Source: a virus | DNA length: 64,000 nucleotides | Reading direction: 5' to 3' (one strand) | IMG/VR virus record: IMGVR_UViG_3300005758_000132 | Coordinates: 45,014 to 109,013 of that record | Shown here: positions 1 through 13,670 of the stretch, one piece after another | Layout: each line of letters starts with the position of its first letter | Numbering within the stretch: position 1 is the first letter of the stretch | Translations under genes and position numbers: made by a program | The notes under the pieces: generated by a model | The model's database searches: none | What the model was told of the DNA's origin: nothing | What the model saw: the letters and a program-made list of their open reading frames with translations, nothing else

Positions 1-625
1 AAGCCAAAGTGTCGCTCTGCACACGCAATACAACGCGCGCTTCCTCGCCAGGAAAACCTACGAAATCGCCTGACTTCAGTTGGCTCTTGAAGGCCGTCCC
101 AGTACCAATGAGCTTGGTCTGGTCCTTGTTCGCGGTCAGTGTACCGGTCAGGTCAATCTCTTGATACCCTACGCGATACGTGTAGCGGATAGTCGCTTTG
201 CGCTCGTGCATGGAGCGCGTAGTGTAGTCATAGGTGGTGGCGTTAGTTGCGAGCGCTTCTGAGTCCAAGAACAGCTGCGAGAACTTTGGCTCGACAATAT
301 CAATCGCCTGCGTGACGTCTCGAATAAGCTGCTTGCCGTAATACAGTTCTGCCTTTGTTACGCTAATCAGCGGCTTTTTATTGAGCGTAGTTAGATAATG
401 CGAGACAGGCGACCACTGAGATAGGTCTTGCACCTCGTCTTCAACTGTCTCAGGACAAAACTCGACGTCAAACTCACCCTCAGTCTGAATACGACCTTGA
501 AGGATGGCTTGATTGAATAGACCTTCTGGAAAGGCCGCTCTAGTGCGTGGGTCGATAAGAGATATTCCGAAAAGGTACCGCTCAACGAGCCAGTCTTTCG
601 TTAGTCCCACATCTAGCAAACACAT
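1..625 (-). CDS. Head-tail adaptor/neck protein (Herelleviridae-like), truncated by left edge
   Basis: Not in the ORF track because it has no stop in the window. Translated by hand from ATG at 625 (GGAGG SD upstream): MCLLDVGLTKDWLVERYLFGISLIDPRTRAAFPEGLFNQAI..., open to base 1. The FGI-x-L-x-DPRT pattern and position after the capsid genes recall Twort/SPO1-like neck proteins. Confidence 0.65.
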   Translation of the reverse strand, partial: MCLLDVGLTKDWLVERYLFGISLIDPRTRAAFPEGLFNQAILQGRIQTEGEFDVEFCPETVEDEVQDLSQWSPVSHYLTTLNKKPLISVTKAELYYGKQLIRDVTQAIDIVEPKFSQLFLDSEALATNATTYDYTTRSMHERKATIRYTYRVGYQEIDLTGTLTANKDQTKLIGTGTAFKSQLKSGDFVGFPGEEARVVLRVQSDTLA

Positions 626-647
626 AGAGCGCCTCCACCAGCTAAGC

Positions 648-1505
648 TCAAGCGCCGAAGAGAATTACGGACAGCGTATCCCCGTTGGCTAACCCGGCAC
701 CGTCCATCGCGACAACGTAACCGTCGCCAACTGCATCCCACGAAACAGTGGTAGTTGTCGACTTGACCGCACTAGCAGAAGACCTCGCCTGAACAACCGC
801 TCCCTTGGGCTCGAAATTGACGAAAACCCGGATGGGAGTAGCAGCCAGAAGCGCGGTCGTCACAGGAACTGCAAACGACGCGATGTTGGACGCGAACTCT
901 TCAACGACTGGGTTTTCGGTCCACGTGGAAAGCTGCCACGAGCTATTTGCGCCTACCTCCGCAAACGTGACGTCTAGATTAGCGCCAAGCTCAGGGTTGC
1001 CGTCGACGTCAACGCGGTAGACGTAAAGCCTATCGTTGGCGAGATCGGTAACAGCCTTCAGACGGATTTTGCCGTTCGCAATCGCGGGTGTCTCGCCGTC
1101 AGTCTTGAGCAGGTTGGGGTGCTCGTTGGTGGTCGAGTCCTTGTTGATCGCGGCAGCGAGTCGAGTAAGCGTCTGGTCGATCGTTCCTAGCTCAACACCG
1201 ATTGAAGCGTCGCTGAGAACTTCAGTACCGTTCGATCGAATTTCGTAGACGTCTACAAGCGCCGGGCTGAGCGTATTGTCAGTGATGGTAACGGTGTACG
1301 TATTAGCCGCGGCTCCAGCCAGCGCGTAAACGTTAACCACGCCCGCCTTGTTGCTGAGCTTATCAAGCTCAATCTTGCCAAGCTCAAGCTGCCTAACACG
1401 CTGAGCAAGAACAGATTGACGCAGCGCAGGATTAACGCGCTCAACCGCCTTAGCCTGCGATTCAGTAAGAGTGGTAGAAAGATCGCGATTTGTATAAGCG
1501 CTCAT
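648..1505 (-). CDS. Virion structural protein (head decoration/fibre-like), paralog of 1529..2119
   Basis: 285 aa, GGAGG SD, downstream of capsid gene; N-terminal 41 aa very similar to the adjacent gene. Confidence 0.6.
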   Translation of the reverse strand: MSAYTNRDLSTTLTESQAKAVERVNPALRQSVLAQRVRQLELGKIELDKLSNKAGVVNVYALAGAAANTYTVTITDNTLSPALVDVYEIRSNGTEVLSDASIGVELGTIDQTLTRLAAAINKDSTTNEHPNLLKTDGETPAIANGKIRLKAVTDLANDRLYVYRVDVDGNPELGANLDVTFAEVGANSSWQLSTWTENPVVEEFASNIASFAVPVTTALLAATPIRVFVNFEPKGAVVQARSSASAVKSTTTTVSWDAVGDGYVVAMDGAGLANGDTLSVILFGA

Positions 1506-1528
1506 GTGTTTGTCCTCCTTATCGTATT

Positions 1529-2119
1529 TCAGTCAAGCGTGTAGGTGTAGTTGATGATGAGGCACGCAGATGCGTAGTCTGGCCCAGTAGCGTCAGCGTT
1601 ATCAGACGTCACGGCGATGTAGACCAGACCGGATCCGCTGAGGACCAGATCAGCAGCGGTCGACGTGAGCGAGACGCCGTTCAACGTGTTCGCTGAGGCA
1701 GACTCCAGGTTGTATGTCGCACCGGACAGCATTGTGTTGCCGGACGACGACGTCTTCTTGACGGTGAGGGTCACCGCGCCGAGCGCAGAAGCGAAGACGG
1801 TCGGGGTGACGAGCTTGATGGAAGTCACCGTCGCGCCATAGATCGGAGCAACCGCGTAGGTGGCCCACACGTTGTTCGAAATCATGATGAGCGGGACGCG
1901 GATCTGACCTACAGGGAGGAGAGAAGCCGTCTCAGCCTGAAGGGTGCTAACGTCAGACTCAATAGCAGTGATATCCGCACTGTTAGTAGCGTTGTTTTCC
2001 TCAAGCTGCGCAACACGCTGCGCCAAGACTGCGTTTCGAAGGGCGGGGGACGTGCTCTCGACGCGCTTGGCCTGCTGAGAAGTCAAGGGAACACTGAGAT
2101 CGCGATTTACTAGAGACAT
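1529..2119 (-). CDS. Virion structural protein (head decoration/fibre-like)
   Basis: 196 aa directly after capsid terminator; N-terminal coiled coil then beta-rich domain. Confidence 0.6.
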   Translation of the reverse strand: MSLVNRDLSVPLTSQQAKRVESTSPALRNAVLAQRVAQLEENNATNSADITAIESDVSTLQAETASLLPVGQIRVPLIMISNNVWATYAVAPIYGATVTSIKLVTPTVFASALGAVTLTVKKTSSSGNTMLSGATYNLESASANTLNGVSLTSTAADLVLSGSGLVYIAVTSDNADATGPDYASACLIINYTYTLD

Positions 2120-2155
2120 GATTTTGTCCTTTTCTAATTAGAGTCGTCGGACAGC

Positions 2156-2187
2156 AAAAAGCCAGCGGGCATTTCTGCGCGCTGGCT
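2156..2187 (-). terminator. Intrinsic terminator after major capsid gene
   Basis: Minus strand AGCCAGC...GCTGGCT stem followed by T-tract. Confidence 0.75.
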
Positions 2188-2223
2188 CTTCGCTCACGAA
2201 GCGCTGAACCGCAGCGCTACGGA

Positions 2224-3723
2224 TTAGGCGGCCTTGGTGGCGCAGTTATCGATGATGGCCCACTTCTGCGGCTGCTTAAAGAAGAGCGCGCCCATCATGT
2301 AAATCATGAACGGGATGCTCGCAGAGGTCTGGCCGAGCGGACGGCGGATGGCCTCCATGAGCTGCGAGAAGTAGAGCACCTCAGACGAGAACTCGCCGAT
2401 GTAAATCGGCTTGCGGAACGGACGGCGATGGTTGAGGTCGGTCCACGAGGTGTTCGAGACACCGGCGGTGCCGCGAGCAAACTGACCGATGTAGTCGAAC
2501 TCGGTGCCGTCCTTCTCAGTACGGTAGACGCGCCAGTAACGGAGCATACCGCTCGTGTTCTTGGTGCCGGAGATGGCTGAGTCATTGAACACGAAGGTCG
2601 GCGCGTCGCCAGCCGCGGTGATGACAACGCCGTTGACGCTGATAGCGCCAGCGGTACCGCGATCACCGACCGCCACGAAGCGGTAGTCATACTCGCCGAC
2701 ATCGCCAGCGCGGAAGCGGCTGCCAGTAACAGTCGAGTTGACGGTGGGGGTGCCGGACACTGCGCCCACGTTGGGAGCGCCGCCGCCAACGGAGGTCGTC
2801 GGGAAGTTCGACGGCATCGAGATGAGCGGCATGGTGTACACCGGCGCGTCGCCGTACTCGGTGGTGAGCGCAAGCTCCTGCGGGCCGCCGATGTAGGACT
2901 TGACAGCTGCGCCGCCACGATCCTTGGGATAACGGCCAGCAGCGGCGTCGAGCGTCGTGAGGACGCGCTTGACGCGCGAGTCAGTGAACGCCTCAAGGTC
3001 GAGGGCGAAGCGTCCGTCAGACTGAAGCTCGCCGACAACGTCCTCGATATCCTCAGAGGTAGGAGCCTCGCCTTCAAGGTCGACAACGAGACCGCCGCCA
3101 CCCATGATGGACGAGCGGAAGCCGTTGAACTGGAGCGCCGAAACGCTCGCGTCACCCTCGATAAGCCAGCGCTCGATACGACCGAGGAGCTGCTTGACGC
3201 CGAGCTTGGTGCGGGTTTCAAGGAGCGAAGCGCCGCCGTCGAGACCGCCGGAGAGCACGGCCGCGGTGTCGGGGACTTCGATATTCTCCGACATGAACTT
3301 GAGCTGCACAACGATGCGCTCGAACTCAGCCTCGGAGAAACCATTGATGCCACCTTCCGCGAAGAAGGGGTCAATCGCGTCGCTGCCCTTGGCCTTCACA
3401 AGGGTAGCCTCGTGAATAAGCGACTTGGCAACCGAGACCTTCTCAAGACGGCGCCAGAGCCAGAGGTGACGCTCGCGGAAGCCAACGTCATTCAGCGTGC
3501 CCTGAATGGACTGAGTCTGAAGGGGTCCCATCGAGGCAGTGCCACCGGCGCCGCCAACGTACGAGGGGTCAGGCGGGTAAGCCGCAGTCTCCGCCTTGTG
3601 GAGCGCGTCACGCTCGTACTCGGAGATCATATTGGCAACGCGGCTAAGCATTCCGTCGTTAACACCGGCTCCGGGATTAAATCCGCCAGCCGTCATCGAG
3701 ATATTGATACCCATGTTAATCAC
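2224..3723 (-). CDS. Major capsid protein (SPO1/Herelleviridae-like)
   Basis: 499 aa, strong codon bias, follows protease and scaffold, own terminator; IEGD..QFNG motif, K43-A44 putative maturation site. Confidence 0.85.
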   Translation of the reverse strand: MINMGINISMTAGGFNPGAGVNDGMLSRVANMISEYERDALHKAETAAYPPDPSYVGGAGGTASMGPLQTQSIQGTLNDVGFRERHLWLWRRLEKVSVAKSLIHEATLVKAKGSDAIDPFFAEGGINGFSEAEFERIVVQLKFMSENIEVPDTAAVLSGGLDGGASLLETRTKLGVKQLLGRIERWLIEGDASVSALQFNGFRSSIMGGGGLVVDLEGEAPTSEDIEDVVGELQSDGRFALDLEAFTDSRVKRVLTTLDAAAGRYPKDRGGAAVKSYIGGPQELALTTEYGDAPVYTMPLISMPSNFPTTSVGGGAPNVGAVSGTPTVNSTVTGSRFRAGDVGEYDYRFVAVGDRGTAGAISVNGVVITAAGDAPTFVFNDSAISGTKNTSGMLRYWRVYRTEKDGTEFDYIGQFARGTAGVSNTSWTDLNHRRPFRKPIYIGEFSSEVLYFSQLMEAIRRPLGQTSASIPFMIYMMGALFFKQPQKWAIIDNCATKAA

Positions 3724-3755
3724 TCCTTGGAAATAACCTCACCAGCTGGCAGAGG

Positions 3756-4466
3756 TCAGACAGTCACGTTGATGTCAAAGCGCTTGAGAATTTCTTCGAC
3801 CGGAAGCGCAGAGTTTTCCAGCGTCGAAACAGCTTCGCCGATACGGACGATGACGTCCTCGCTGCCGCCGCCCTTCATCAGGCGGCTCTGCTCAGCGACG
3901 AGCGCCTTCTGAAGCGCGCTACGATTAACGGTCGGGGCCTGCGCAGCCGCGGCGGACTTGACGAGACTCTGCTCAGCCAGATCGTTCGGATGCGGCTTAG
4001 CAGCCGAAACAGAGCCGCGCGGAGCGCCGGTCGTAACGAGCTTGGCGTCAAGCGACTTCTTGATCTCATCGATCGAGTTGCTCAGCGAAGCAACATAATC
4101 AACGAGCTGCTCGACGAGCTTACCTTGCGCGAGCGAGCCCTTAACGAGCGCCGGCATGGTCTCATTGGTAAAGGAAACAAGCGACTCGACATTGAGCGCG
4201 GTGCCGCGAAGCATATCGCTCGTGTCTTCCGCCAGCGCGGGGCCACCCTTATGGATAGCCAGGCTGGTGTTGACGTCAATAACCTCGACGTCAGCAGCCA
4301 GGCGCAGGTCGCTTACGGCGTTGACAAGGTCATCGATGGAGAGGCTGACAAGCCCTTCCTCAGCCACATTACCAGCGGCGACTTCAGACTTGACGAGGCG
4401 ATCGACGGTCGCGGCGTCGAGCCCACTTGCCTTAAGCTGCGCACGCAGCGTCTTCTCGGTCATCAT
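3756..4466 (-). CDS. Putative head scaffold/core protein
   Basis: Helical protein between protease and capsid genes; seven [IL]-x-K-[AGS] motifs. Confidence 0.55.
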   Translation of the reverse strand: MMTEKTLRAQLKASGLDAATVDRLVKSEVAAGNVAEEGLVSLSIDDLVNAVSDLRLAADVEVIDVNTSLAIHKGGPALAEDTSDMLRGTALNVESLVSFTNETMPALVKGSLAQGKLVEQLVDYVASLSNSIDEIKKSLDAKLVTTGAPRGSVSAAKPHPNDLAEQSLVKSAAAAQAPTVNRSALQKALVAEQSRLMKGGGSEDVIVRIGEAVSTLENSALPVEEILKRFDINVTV

Positions 4467-4490
4467 AGTTAGTTCTCCTAGCTAGTTGGC

Positions 4491-5294
4491 TCAGCCCGCC
4501 ACAACGCGGGTCATAATCTGAGAGAGGCACTGCTTCCAGGCAGCGCTACCCTTCAGAGCAGCAGCGACCGCCAGGTCAAGCTCGTTAAGGTTAAGCCTAA
4601 CAGCGAGTGCCGTGAGGCGCTGGAGCGGATCAACTTCCACTCCGTTGGCGGTTGCATAATGGGCGGCGTCCGGAAGGAGGGCCGATAGCCCGTCATCCAG
4701 CACCTCAGATTCATTCATGGCTTTACGAAGCATGGCTCGTCCTTCTGGGGTTGCGCGTAAAGACGCGAGGATCGGATCGAACCAAGCGTCGCGGTTTCTA
4801 GGTGCGCCTGTGATAACGACATTGGCGCAGTACCAGCGCTTTACGTCGCGGCGGTCATTCTTGTCACGCTCTTGTGCAGCGCCCTCGACAGAATATCCAA
4901 GCCTGACGCGGTTAGACGCGCGGTTAATCCTCAGGATCTTTTCCCAGAGCTGCTTGGCAACCGGCTCGTCGTTAATCCAAAGACGGGTGGTGAGGTAATA
5001 GCAGGGAACACCGTCACGGGTCTCGCCCCGCTCAAGGTCCACCGGCTCGCCCACCGGATTAAAGACGCCCGCCGGATGCTCCATAGTGACGGCGCCAGAG
5101 TCGGCAGCAGTCATTTCACCTTTGGCCAGCGAACCCAAAAACGGCGAAAAATCCGCGCCGTCAACGCGTAAAATCTCGCCCTGCATGTCACGTCGCTCTG
5201 ACGTACAAATGCCGCGGATGAGCCCCTGCTCGCCGCCCTTGGTGATAGGCTCGATTCCTGGTGTCCAAGTCGAGATTCTTTCGCGCGCGTTCAT
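4491..5294 (-). CDS. Prohead (maturation) protease, HK97/U35-like
   Basis: IRGICTSERRDMQGE, TMEH, GYSVEG (catalytic Ser), ITGAPRN motifs; start reassigned to ATG at 5294. Confidence 0.85.
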   Translation of the reverse strand: MNARERISTWTPGIEPITKGGEQGLIRGICTSERRDMQGEILRVDGADFSPFLGSLAKGEMTAADSGAVTMEHPAGVFNPVGEPVDLERGETRDGVPCYYLTTRLWINDEPVAKQLWEKILRINRASNRVRLGYSVEGAAQERDKNDRRDVKRWYCANVVITGAPRNRDAWFDPILASLRATPEGRAMLRKAMNESEVLDDGLSALLPDAAHYATANGVEVDPLQRLTALAVRLNLNELDLAVAAALKGSAAWKQCLSQIMTRVVAG

Positions 5295-5340
5295 GCTGTC
5301 ACCGTTGTACTTATTTAGCGACAAAGTCAAGTTGCTCTAA

Positions 5341-6123
5341 CTAGACTAGGTTCCAGTTACTGTCGAACGACTTGCCGGGTGGAATTGGTACGACCACGCA
5401 TCTGCAATTAGGGTGCAGCGGAGGTCTAGGCACTGCACCGGACATCAAGTCCTTGACGTCAAATACCTTGGGCGAGCCGCTTTTGTCCAAAAACGCGCCC
5501 TTACATTTTGGGCACGCGTCTTTCTGCGGAACCACCGCGGCCTTCTTGGTTTTGCCTGCTTGTATGGTGGACACGATAACGCCGTCATTGAACGCGGCTT
5601 GAAGCTCAGTCGTGACGATGCGCTTTACGTCTTTTTCCGTACCGTCAAACACAGGCGTCAGGCGCTCGATAGCCTTTTCAATCAGCTTATCGCGCGGCAG
5701 ACCTAGCGATATCGTGTCCGCCAGCACGGAACGGAGCTTGGCGCGCACTGCGTCTTCGATTCCAGTAATCCGCAGCCCCGCACGCTCGCGCACATATTTC
5801 CATGCCTCTAGTTCTGGGGGCTTGAGCCAGTTCGGAAAGGCTTTGGTGGCTGTTGCACCTTTCGACTCCCCGCCAGGTCTGTACGCTTTTTCAATGGGGG
5901 CGCGGTCCTGAATCCAGCGCTTTATGAACTGCACCCACTTTGAGAGCTTCCACGTCCGCGACTTGTTTATGTCAGTATCCGCGAACGCTAGACCCATTAT
6001 GAGGCTCAGCTCGATCGGCGATACGTCCCAGTCTTCCAGACCGATAATTACGCCGTCGAGATATGCGCGCCGGAACTCGTCGCTGACACGCGCGGCCTCT
6101 TTATCTGGGTCGAATAGCAACAC
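5341..6123 (-). CDS. Head morphogenesis protein (MuF/SPP1 gp7 family)
   Basis: RIVTTE, CPKC and PPLHPNCRC signature motifs. Confidence 0.88.
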   Translation of the reverse strand: MLLFDPDKEAARVSDEFRRAYLDGVIIGLEDWDVSPIELSLIMGLAFADTDINKSRTWKLSKWVQFIKRWIQDRAPIEKAYRPGGESKGATATKAFPNWLKPPELEAWKYVRERAGLRITGIEDAVRAKLRSVLADTISLGLPRDKLIEKAIERLTPVFDGTEKDVKRIVTTELQAAFNDGVIVSTIQAGKTKKAAVVPQKDACPKCKGAFLDKSGSPKVFDVKDLMSGAVPRPPLHPNCRCVVVPIPPGKSFDSNWNLV

Positions 6124-6125
6124 GC

Positions 6126-6647
6126 TCAGTACGCTCGCATCTTCTTGCCCTTCATGACGTGATCGTGCATCGAGTCCATCGCGGCGCCGATCGTCCCATG
6201 AGCCTCAGGCATGAGCTCCTTACCACCTACAGAAGGCGTGTGCACCCATCCGCCACCCTTAGCGGCCTTCGAGAGCATCTCTGTCCGCAGGTTGCTAAAA
6301 TTACGCATCGCCACGCTGCCGTTGGCAGGCTCAACCACACCGGAGAAACGGCTCCAGCGCTCGTTCGGCACCTGGTTGTTATCAGACGTGAGCGTGTAGA
6401 AATCCTTGTATCGGCTGAGCTCGTTGATGCCGAAATCGGGGTACCACGTAAGGTAGGACTCGCTATTGAGGTCACCCTTGTAGCAACCGCCCTTCATGCT
6501 GCCCTCAAGCGGCTCGAAGCCTTCAGGAGGCATCTTGCTCTTATCAGCGGGCTCAAGGTCCTGAGTCTGCAACGCTTGCAGCGTATTGGGCTCGAATCCG
6601 TTAACCCCGCCCCAACCCATACTAATCGCGTTCATGTTTGTGTTCAT
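6126..6647 (-). CDS. Hypothetical head-module protein carrying the shared PPxG...WYP module
   Basis: Likely start ATG 6647 (MNTNMNAISM) after AAGGGG; longer track ORF overlaps the upstream gene. Confidence 0.6.
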   Translation of the reverse strand: MNTNMNAISMGWGGVNGFEPNTLQALQTQDLEPADKSKMPPEGFEPLEGSMKGGCYKGDLNSESYLTWYPDFGINELSRYKDFYTLTSDNNQVPNERWSRFSGVVEPANGSVAMRNFSNLRTEMLSKAAKGGGWVHTPSVGGKELMPEAHGTIGAAMDSMHDHVMKGKKMRAY

Positions 6648-6879
6648 CGGACATCCCCTTTTCAAGGTCTCGCCGCAGTGCGTCGAGCCGTTTCTTAAAC
6701 CCTTCCTCCAGCGAAGCGCGGATCTCTTCAATCGCGTGCACTTCGCCGTCGCGCGCGGACTTACCCTTGAACAGAGCGTCAGCGGCGTCAACGAAGCCTT
6801 TGTAAATTCGCGCGGCCAGCTCTGTATGAGTCATCGCGTCGAGCTCGCCCGGCGCGTCTTCTTGGATGGTTATCTTCAT
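6622..6879 (-). CDS. Hypothetical protein (helical, LFKG/LEKG motifs)
   Basis: ATGA-coupled to upstream gene. Confidence 0.55.
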   Translation of the reverse strand: MKITIQEDAPGELDAMTHTELAARIYKGFVDAADALFKGKSARDGEVHAIEEIRASLEEGFKKRLDALRRDLEKGMSDEHKHERD

Positions 6880-7097
6880 CCGCCGATCACTGCTGCGTAG
6901 CAGTACTCAGGCGCGCCACGAAGGCGCCACGCGTTGTACTGCTTGCCCTCGAACTCGATGACAGTAGGCTCACCCATACTACGCGCGTCACGCACGTAGA
7001 GGCGGTCTTCGCCTACCACAAACGGAAGGACGTGCCACTCTCCCGCCTCGTCCTTCACTAACGCGAACACGCGCTCGTCATCTTCAGCAATAGCCAT
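6876..7097 (-). CDS. Hypothetical protein
   Basis: GGAGG SD, 73 aa, fills gap in operon. Confidence 0.6.
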   Translation of the reverse strand: MAIAEDDERVFALVKDEAGEWHVLPFVVGEDRLYVRDARSMGEPTVIEFEGKQYNAWRLRGAPEYCYAAVIGG

Positions 7098-7115
7098 AAC
7101 ACGCCTCCCCAGTCG

Positions 7116-11693
<4,578 letters not shown>

Positions 11694-11708
11694 AGTACAC
11701 CTCGCGTG

Positions 11709-13643
11709 TTAGACGCGCACCTGAACAACGATTGGCTCACGCTGTGAGCCGCGTGAAACGATAGACCAAGGCTTGCCCGGACGCCACGTTGGTGGAGGCT
11801 TTACTAGGCCTCGCCTGACGGCTTCTGCCACGGGACCTGCAAGGCTCTTGGTGATCTGGTTTATCGAGCCGCCGTGCTTTGGGTCTCGATACAGCGACGC
11901 CATAAGCGAGGCGTCATCGAAATCCTCGAACGGAGCCTCAGGCTCTTCTTCCTCACCGGGCGGCATCTCTCCACCCATGCCCATATCCATACCGCCACCC
12001 TCGCCACCTTGCTGCTGGTTCATGGCGTCCATGGACTGCGCTTGCGAGATGTACGGGTTGGCGATGACGTCGCCGGCGGACCCTGGAATAGGCTTGAGGT
12101 CGTAGCGAGCGCGGATCTCGTTCACTGACATGAACGACTCTAGCATCTTCTTGTCGATATCGAGCTTCTCGCCCTCAGTCAGCGAGTCAAAGCCGGTGAA
12201 CTCGAACACGAAGGTCTCACCGTCCTTGAAGCGCGGCAGGAACTTGGAGTTGATCCAGCTCTCAATCGACCGCAGGCGCGGGCGCAAGCCACGCGCGCGG
12301 CTCATCTCATATCGCTCCGCCGGTCCGCTGCTGTTGAGCGCGGATTGGCCTTCGTTGCCGAACTGCATGTTGAGCGCAGCAACCGGGTCGACGCCATACG
12401 CAGCGCACACCAGCTTGACGTTGTAGAAAAGCCAGTTGGTGAACTCCATCTCCTTGTTGGAGTTGGAGAGGTTGACAGACTTGATGTCTTCCTTCTGCGA
12501 CGGGTCGAGCTGGATGATCGGCATCCGGCGCTTAGCCGCTGCCTGCGAAAAGTTAGCGTCGAAGGTGCGGCGCATCGCAGAGAAAGCGGTGCGGTCCATC
12601 GTCGACATGATCGCGAGCAAGGACGAGGAGTGAATGCCGGAGGTGAAGTTGACCGCGTTGTAGTTTTCCGCGCGACCGAAATTGACTAGCACGTTCCAGA
12701 GCATGTGAAGCTCAGGGAATCCGTAGTCGACAAAGCGCATCCCGACACGCGGGTTGCGGATGCCGTAAATCATCTCCGGCTCGTCCCACTCTGCCACCAC
12801 GCGATTCAGAACCCACTGGACGTAGCCAGACTCGCCCCACTGCCCGCGGTCATAGTACTGCTGCGAAGGCTCGCGACGACGCACAGACTGCGCATCGTAC
12901 ACGAACATTCCCATGGGCTCAGTGTTGCGGAAGCCAGAGGCCTCTAGGATCTCGATAGGCGCAGCGTCGTAAACAAGCGACTCGCGCATGAAACGCCGAA
13001 CCGTGCCTTCAAAACCTCCTGACTGATACTTACCGCCGCCACGCTCAATTACGCGCTCGATTTCGGTCATCCGCAGCTTCTCAGCCTTAGTCGGATGCCG
13101 GCTTGTGTCAGCGAGCCTCAGTCGAAAGCCAAACGTATGCGCGACCGTCTGGCGCTTGGCAAACTCGCACACCTCTGCGACAGCGTGATTGATGACCAGT
13201 GCAGGCACTGACATCGACGCCAGCTTCTCTAACATCCACCACGGCATCCCGTCAGTGCCTGGATGCGTAGGATTGAGATTCGCGTCTGAAGTGATGCGAC
13301 CTATCGCGTCAACGGGATCGAACGCGTAACCAGCGGGTCCCGGCTCCTCTTTCTTAGCCGCCTTGAAGAGCGCATCAACCGGGTCCGGTACGTCAAACGC
13401 CGGCGATGACGCCGTTGGCATAACAACCGCGCCCATATCGGGCGCACCACCGCCGAGGAACGCTCCTGGTCCTGACTTGACGATAACCTCGTCAGGCGCG
13501 GTCTGCTCCGCGGCCGGTGTCTGCGCCGTGTCCTGAGGAGGTCTAGCAGCGTCAACAAACGCCTCAGAGGCGCGGCGGGCTAACGACCCTGCCGCTCCCC
13601 CTAGAGACGCTGCTAAGCTGTTCAAACGGTCCATAATCGACAT
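11709..13643 (-). CDS. Portal protein
   Basis: 644 aa; IRNPR..YGFPEL, EMEFTNW..VCAAYGVDP, GLRPRL, SVNEIRARYDLKP portal motifs. Confidence 0.88.
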   Translation of the reverse strand: MSIMDRLNSLAASLGGAAGSLARRASEAFVDAARPPQDTAQTPAAEQTAPDEVIVKSGPGAFLGGGAPDMGAVVMPTASSPAFDVPDPVDALFKAAKKEEPGPAGYAFDPVDAIGRITSDANLNPTHPGTDGMPWWMLEKLASMSVPALVINHAVAEVCEFAKRQTVAHTFGFRLRLADTSRHPTKAEKLRMTEIERVIERGGGKYQSGGFEGTVRRFMRESLVYDAAPIEILEASGFRNTEPMGMFVYDAQSVRRREPSQQYYDRGQWGESGYVQWVLNRVVAEWDEPEMIYGIRNPRVGMRFVDYGFPELHMLWNVLVNFGRAENYNAVNFTSGIHSSSLLAIMSTMDRTAFSAMRRTFDANFSQAAAKRRMPIIQLDPSQKEDIKSVNLSNSNKEMEFTNWLFYNVKLVCAAYGVDPVAALNMQFGNEGQSALNSSGPAERYEMSRARGLRPRLRSIESWINSKFLPRFKDGETFVFEFTGFDSLTEGEKLDIDKKMLESFMSVNEIRARYDLKPIPGSAGDVIANPYISQAQSMDAMNQQQGGEGGGMDMGMGGEMPPGEEEEPEAPFEDFDDASLMASLYRDPKHGGSINQITKSLAGPVAEAVRRGLVKPPPTWRPGKPWSIVSRGSQREPIVVQVRV

Positions 13644-13670
13644 TTGGTATCCCCCAGTCAGCCCGCAGCG

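Noticed and set aside
2304-3374. 356-aa alternative-frame ORF inside the capsid gene, and the many plus-strand ORFs
   Set aside because: Ser/Arg/Pro-rich shadow frames expected from GC-biased codon usage; no SD or motifs.
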